From assembly GCA_048938295.1 (NCBI GenBank), contig JBHLMI010000039.1:1-20158 (forward strand): a DNA stretch of 20,158 nucleotides, given 5' to 3'. The notes under the pieces are model-generated. The model was not told the origin of the DNA, searched no databases, and saw nothing but the letters and a program-made list of their open reading frames with translations. A program made the translations under genes and the position numbers. Below, piece after piece: positions 1-6,700 of the stretch. Every line of letters starts with the position of its first letter. Position 1 is the first letter of the stretch. The DNA comes from Promethearchaeota archaeon (GTDB lineage Archaea > Asgardarchaeota > Hermodarchaeia > Hermodarchaeales > Hermodarchaeaceae).

Positions 1-498
1 GTCCTGGCTGCTGAGATGCGCAAGATTCCACGGAAGGACCGAGTCTGGTTCCTCGATGACTTGAAGCGCCAGATGGGTGAAAAGCGGATGGACTTCCTCA
101 CCAAACGTGAACCATCAGCTGTCCCGCCCAAAGAGACGCCACCAGTGGACAAAGTGTCCCCACCCAAAAAGGTCACTCCGCCCAAAGAGGGACGACCGGA
201 ACCGGCACCCACACCTCCTGAACCAGAGATTCCACCCCTCGAGGAAGTCAAACCCGTTGAACCCCCAGATACGAAAGTGTTCACCGAAGACCGTACAGCC
301 CCTACGGTGCTTCCGCCGGATTTGCAGCCTATTCCATCCGAACGACCGGAGGTGTTGGAAGAAATCCGTCGAGAACTCGACAAGATACCGGGGCTCACCA
401 CAGCGGACAAGGAAGCGCTCCTTGACCACCTTCGCCATCTGACCAAAAAAGAACGGGAAGCCACCTATCGCTCCTTGCGGCAAACAACCGAAGAGTAG
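1..498 (+). CDS. 3' end (cytoplasmic tail) of an upstream paralog of the giant surface protein; partial, 5' end outside the window
   Basis: Frame 1 is open from base 1 (VLAAEMRKIPRKDRVWFLDD...) to TAG at 496-498. It aligns with the C-terminus of the 736-9459 protein: 30/37 identical in the first block, 16/16 in TEDRTAPTVLPPDLQP, 28/40 in the last block. Many differences are synonymous. The ATG at 16 in the ORF track is an internal Met. Confidence 0.88.
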   Translation, partial: VLAAEMRKIPRKDRVWFLDDLKRQMGEKRMDFLTKREPSAVPPKETPPVDKVSPPKKVTPPKEGRPEPAPTPPEPEIPPLEEVKPVEPPDTKVFTEDRTAPTVLPPDLQPIPSERPEVLEEIRRELDKIPGLTTADKEALLDHLRHLTKKEREATYRSLRQTTEE

Positions 499-549
499 GA
501 TCCTGGCACGCTCGAGGTGGACAGGGTGCTGTGATTCTTTGTTCCTCGT

Positions 550-562
550 ATTGTTTAGATAA
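550..562. promoter_or_regulatory. Candidate transcription-factor operator ATTGTTTAGATAA (copy 1), upstream of the giant-gene TATA box
   Basis: Exact 13-bp match to 19417-19429. The core TTGTTTAGATAA is an imperfect palindrome (8/12 positions match its reverse complement). Confidence 0.4.
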
Positions 563-577
563 TGGTACAGCTAAATG

Positions 578-585
578 TTTTTAAA
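578..585 (+). promoter_or_regulatory. Putative TATA box (TTTTTAAA) for the giant surface-protein gene
   Basis: Best archaeal TATA-like element in the 499-735 intergenic region. Position only, no transcript data. Confidence 0.45.
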
Positions 586-735
586 GCGTCACAGCGCCGT
601 CTCAGTAGCGGTTTGGTACCATTTCCAGACGGAAACCAGGGATACTCGATAGCATGTGATCCGACCATACAACCCATTCACATCACCTAGACACCCTGAA
701 ACCGTATGGGAACCGCAACCTCGAGGTCGATATGC

Positions 736-3700
736 ATGAATCGTCGAACCGTTATATGTTTGACATTTCTTACTTTATTCTTGATTTTTTCTCTCAGCAT
801 GGCTATACCAGGTTCGGAAACTATTGGAACCTTAGAATTTAAAGATTTGAGTGAGGAAGTCGGAACAAATTATACTCCTTCACCATTGATACCTCCACCA
901 TTACCTGAGGGACCTATCTATTCAGAGGGACAATTCCAGTATGCAGGACTGGGAGCCCCACTTACCACAAAGGAGTATGCTGAAGGATCCAACCGCTCCT
1001 TGCAGATTTCCAACTTTAATTATCTTGACAATAGATATGGTGAAGTCCGGTTACCCAGACAGTGGACAGGTTATCGATTAGAAGCGGATGTTTACAATCT
1101 ATATGACCAGCCCTATTTTGTTCAAGGCAGTCGCGAAAATGGAAATTTCGAATCAGTCGGAACTGCCTGGAGTGCTCAGAATAATGCCATGGGAGATAAT
1201 TCAACGTATGCCTATTATGGAACTCGTTGGGGGTCGGCTTATGGTTATTCAGGAAATGGTGTACAAACCTGGGTTGAATGGTGGAGTGGATGGCCCTGGG
1301 GGGTGAGTTCCTATGTGGTTTGGCGGAACGCAATTAATATTCAACGTGACGACCCCACCTATGCCAAGCTCACATTCCGCGTTCAAGTGAACCTAATTTC
1401 AGGTTCTTCTGGCGGCCGTGGTCGGATGGTCATCTATGCTGAAATCGCAGGTATTGTTTATCGACTATTACTAGATGAACATTGTCCAAATAACGGACAA
1501 TGGTACCAATTGAGCATCTCAGTACCAGCTGACGATTTACTGACCTGGTCTGTGCCTGGAAACATCGACGTTCGGTTAGGTTTGGGGTTCACAGGTTCGC
1601 AAACAGGTTGGGATTATGAGTATTGGGGACTGAAGTTTGATGATGTGACCCTTGAAGTGCGAGGCCTGGTTAACCCGAATGATACCACCTGGTTGGATTT
1701 AGTAATGAATTCCACAATTGCACAAACGGCAGGCTATGGGTATGGATCCTATTCCCTTGTTGGAACCTGGCCCAACCCCACCACAGATCATAAACAAGTC
1801 GTGGCCCATTGGCAAGTCACCGATGCGGATGCGCGACTCGTCCAATTCACCTATAACCTCACCCTATTCATTACTCGAGACGCAACAACCGAACAACAAA
1901 TCGGACCAGATGGTTCAGCTTTTACGGCAGGAAACGACCCAACTGTGTACTGGACCACCTGGATGTATGCTTATCAACCATACTTCTTTTCACAATACAA
2001 CCTTTCCCTTACGAAACCCACTACAGAAACTTGGACGATCGCTAACGTCATAGACCCACTCTTCACAGATCGAACAAGCGTCGTTACAACAAACGCAACC
2101 CACTTCCTTCTTTCAAGTTCTGCGATCAATGATATCTATGGCTGGTGGAACTTCACGTTCGCCTCCGTGAATCGCATTACTTCCATTAGTGGTATTGCTT
2201 CAAGTTATGACATCGGAGACACCCTTTCCATCAATGTCAACCACAATATTGTGACCTCCGGTCAATGTAACATCACCATCTACGATGCAAACCACTTAGT
2301 CATCCACGAAGAAGCCAAATCGCTAACGGGATCCACTGTAGTTTCTTTCAGTAAGCTCTTTGATAGTGGTGACAGCTTCGGTGCTGGACTATACACTATC
2401 TGCGCCACTTACGATAATGGTGCCACCGGGTCGATGACCCGTGCTGGATTTGCCTCCTCAACCTTCAAGATCGTTCATGCCACCTCTCTTGACATCGAAG
2501 AAGGTGCTACCCAAAAAACCGTGATCTATGGGTTGGGAACCTTCTTTGTACGCCTTACCTATGACGATTTGGACAAAACTGTCAATCCCTGGGTTGCTAA
2601 CACTACCGGAACCGTCCGAATTAATGGCTCCGTCGATGGCAACTTCATAGAATTCCAACAATTCGGAAATCTCTACCAGGCGGAAATCGATAACGACCTG
2701 ATGATTCCTGGGAATTATCCGTTTGTCATTGAAGCTGATGATCCCTACCATGATTATGCGACTGATTCGATTACCTTGTTGGTTCGCAGCGATGCCACTT
2801 TGACATCCCCTGAATCACCGGGAGTAACCCTGCCCTATGATGAGGCGACCGCCATTCAGGTCTTCTATGAGGACGGGGTGGGCGCAGGGATAGCTGGAGC
2901 CACTGTCACTACAGACTGGCCAACAGGACCAACTGGAACGAGTAATGGAACAGCTGGTTGGTATAATATTATCATCGATACCTCCGATCAGCCTTCTCCG
3001 GGAACCTATACCCTCACCGTCCAAGCACTCCGAAATTATTACACAACTCGAACAATCAAACTGACAATTGTGGTGCGCGAAGTCTCGACAACCATTGATT
3101 ATACGTCTCCTGGATCAGTACCTTGGGACGAAGATGTCGTAATCGACTTCAGCTTTTTTGCCAATGATGCAGATTCGACTGTCCATGATGGTGACCCCAT
3201 TACTAGTGCCAGCTTGGCCTTTCAACTGGATGGAGGAAGTCTAACACAGGGCTCAGATTACACCTTGGCAAATCATGGCGATGGAACCTATACTATCACC
3301 CTATTAGCAACAAGTGGAAAATTCGCTACCATCAAAACCGGCTATGAACTTCGAATTCAGGGCAACCCAACTAGTGCAATTTATGGTGATGCCACACGTA
3401 GGGTTTACTTCAATGTTCGTTCCCTTAATACAGTAATCACTTACATTCCTCCTGCACCTAAACCCTGGGGAAATGATGTAGTTATCACCCTTAATTTTAC
3501 TGTCGATGACCCTGACAGTACTGTACACAACGGTGAGAACATCCCCGGACTCCTCGTTGGGGATGTCAGCCTGACTCTGAATGGAGTACCTCTTGGCAGT
3601 TTTGGTTGGACCGCTCTTGGTGGAGGCACATACAACTTGACGATATACTCGAGTAGTATCTCAACTGTACGATCGTATAGCCTTGTCATAACGGTCGCTC

Positions 3701-6700
3701 ACAGTAGCGTGCACTACAAATTGGCGTTTCGGACTATCACTTTTCAGATTCTTTCCCACCAAACGCAGGTTATCGTTGCTCAGCCTGACCCTACACCCTA
3801 TGGGCAGCAAACCGCAGTTATAATTACGTGGAAAGACCTTGACACTGGAGGCTCACTCTCTGACACGCAACTCAATTACCTTACTCTGCAATTTACCAAT
3901 GGCACCGGGTTGCCGAACGAGTCATCTCTCACCTTTATCTTGGATACGAGTGCTTGGGCTCCAGGCACCTACGAAATCATTGTCACAACGATTCCCACCT
4001 CGGACCAATACCTACAGAGTAGTGGCACCCTCCGCGTCACAATCCTCATCCATCAAACCGCCTTAACTGTTCTTCCACCAGAAGCAACACCCTACGGTTA
4101 TACGACTGACATCACCATCCAATGGTTTGACCTCACCGCAGGCGGGCAAATATCCTACACCGAAGTTGAAAACATCACTATTACTGGTGCTGTAAGTGAC
4201 GTCATTTTTGGTCCCCTCTCCAGCTGGACCTTTACACTGGGAACGTCGGGACTTAACATTGGAACCTATTCCATCACTGTGACTGTTTATGCGAAAGAAA
4301 CACCTAGTCAAATTTATCAGCACTCGACTGGAAGCTTGAATAACGGATTGGTAATCCGTGCTCATCGTGTATATGTCCTTGTCACTGGACCCGCACCTGT
4401 TCCCGAGGATGGGTCTTTTCAATTGAGTGTCAGCTGGACCGATTTGGATACCGGATTACCCATCGATAATGGCACATACCTTCAGGACATCGTCGTCACT
4501 CATATCTCTGGACCATCAGCGCCTACCCTTCCCTGGACCGAGTTATCGAACCTTGAGTTCACTATCAACGCATTGGGTTGGGGTCGTGGCACTCACAAAC
4601 TTAATGTTACTGTGACTGCAAACTCTGCCAACTTTAATGTCGGTTTCGGAACTGTATTTGTAGTCATCCGAGTACACTCGATAATCGCTGATGTTGATCC
4701 CATACCACGTGTGCCCTTTGGATATGATGTACCGATTATTTTCCGAGTTAATGACAGTGATAACAATGTCGGGCTGGAGGAAAACCATATCATTTCTATC
4801 ATAATTACAGGAGGACCTTCAACTATTACATTGGACAGTACCAATTGGGCTATATGGGTTGATAACGGCACCGCAGGAGATGGCATTTATCTCATTACTT
4901 TGGATGTATCCGGTTGGTCACTGGGTACATATTCTAGTATTAAATTTAATGTGCAAACGTCAGTTGAATATGGGAATGGAGTTGTGAACACCCAAATAAC
5001 GATTCGTCCATTAGCTACAAGTTTCACATATCAGAGTCCACCTGTTGTTCCATGGGGTGAGGATGGGAAGTTGATTGTCACATTTCTTGTTGACGATACT
5101 GACCCCGTCACTACTAATCCAATTACTACTCCCATTTCTGGAGCAGCGATTTCTATAGCTACACTAACACTCGGTGTAGACTATGGTTTTGTTTATTGGC
5201 AGAATGGTAAATACAATATCACGTTTTACAATTCGTATCTGACCTCTGTCCAAGAGTATCAATTCGTTATCACTATTAATGGAGGAGCACAATATGATAT
5301 CAAGCAACTTGATGATGTTCCTCTCACAGTTCGAGCCTTATTCACTTGGTTACACCCCACAGCTGTTCCCGTCACAGCTTTTGGGGATGATGTCATCATT
5401 GAGGTTGAATACATTGTACTTGATGGTGAAAGTTCGCTCAACGGAGATCCAATTCATACGGGAACAGAAAGTATAATCGTTACAGGATTAGATGGCTTCA
5501 ATCCTACTTTGGTAACCTGGCAATGGATTGGCGCGACATCTGTGTATCGAATTACTATCGATGCCTCAGAAATAACCGACATTCAATCGTATAAAATTAT
5601 GATCAGCATTTCTGGGTCTGGTGCAGGTTATACACCTGATACCATTCCTGAACTTTTGTTCAGTGTTCGAACTGTTTTCACTGCGTTAGCTATAGCACCA
5701 GTAGATGCACAAGCATATCTTGATAACTTCACTATCCGAATCACCTATACTGTAAATGACCCAGATAGCTCTCTTAATGGATGGGGAATTGATGGACAAG
5801 CTTCTATTATTGAGCTTGTTGAATACCCCGGCCTCTTCTACGTAATTCCGCTAGGCAATGGGATTTACCGTATAGTCATCAACTCAACGAGTATTGGACC
5901 GCCTGGATCTTATCTGGTAACAGTTAACACAACCTGGGTGGATTCTCCACCCCCTTACGATGTCCAGACGCGACAATTAACTCTGTTCGTCACAACTCGT
6001 CCAACAACTATCCGGAACACAATTGGAGGAGAATTCGGTTACCTCGACGAAATTCGTGTCAACTTTACCTATTCCGATCAGCTCCGGACCCAATGGATAC
6101 TCAACACCTCTTATGGAGGAGGTCATGTCCTCATCTCGGTCTACAACACAACCCCTGTAATACCTGTACTAATAGATAGTGCAGCATGGTATGTCGTGAG
6201 TCTTGGTGGAACTGATGCCTTCCAACTCCGTATTGATGCAGACTACTTTGGCAGAGTCGGCTCCTTCGATTTCAAAGTCGAAATAACATGGCAATCTGCA
6301 ATAGCACCCTACTTCGTTGCTAAGGAGTTTGAATTCCGAACCTATGTTTATGGACAACGCACAGATATTATCATAACAGAGAGTGCTGGCGCAACTCCTT
6401 ATGACAGCAATATCATAATCGAATTCAAATATATTACCGAGCAGGGCGCTCCCATCAACCAAACAGATTATCCCTTTATCGATATATCACTCATTTGTGG
6501 TGAGTTGCCCAGTTTTGGCATCCAAGGAACAGATTGGAATTACACCTTTGAAGGTAATGGACTATACCGAATCTGGATTGATACAACTCGACTCTCAGGA
6601 ATTGGTACTTACACCTTCTTTTTCAATGTGACTTACCCTGAAGGCCTATCTCCTTTCTTAGAATCCCAATACAATGAACCTACCTCACGACGTGTCCGAA

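Noticed and set aside
1-480. Repeat pair 1-480 / 9019-9435 as a diversity-generating retroelement TR/VR
   Set aside because: Mismatches are mostly synonymous third-position changes across all bases rather than adenine-specific, and no reverse transcriptase is present. This is ordinary paralogy.
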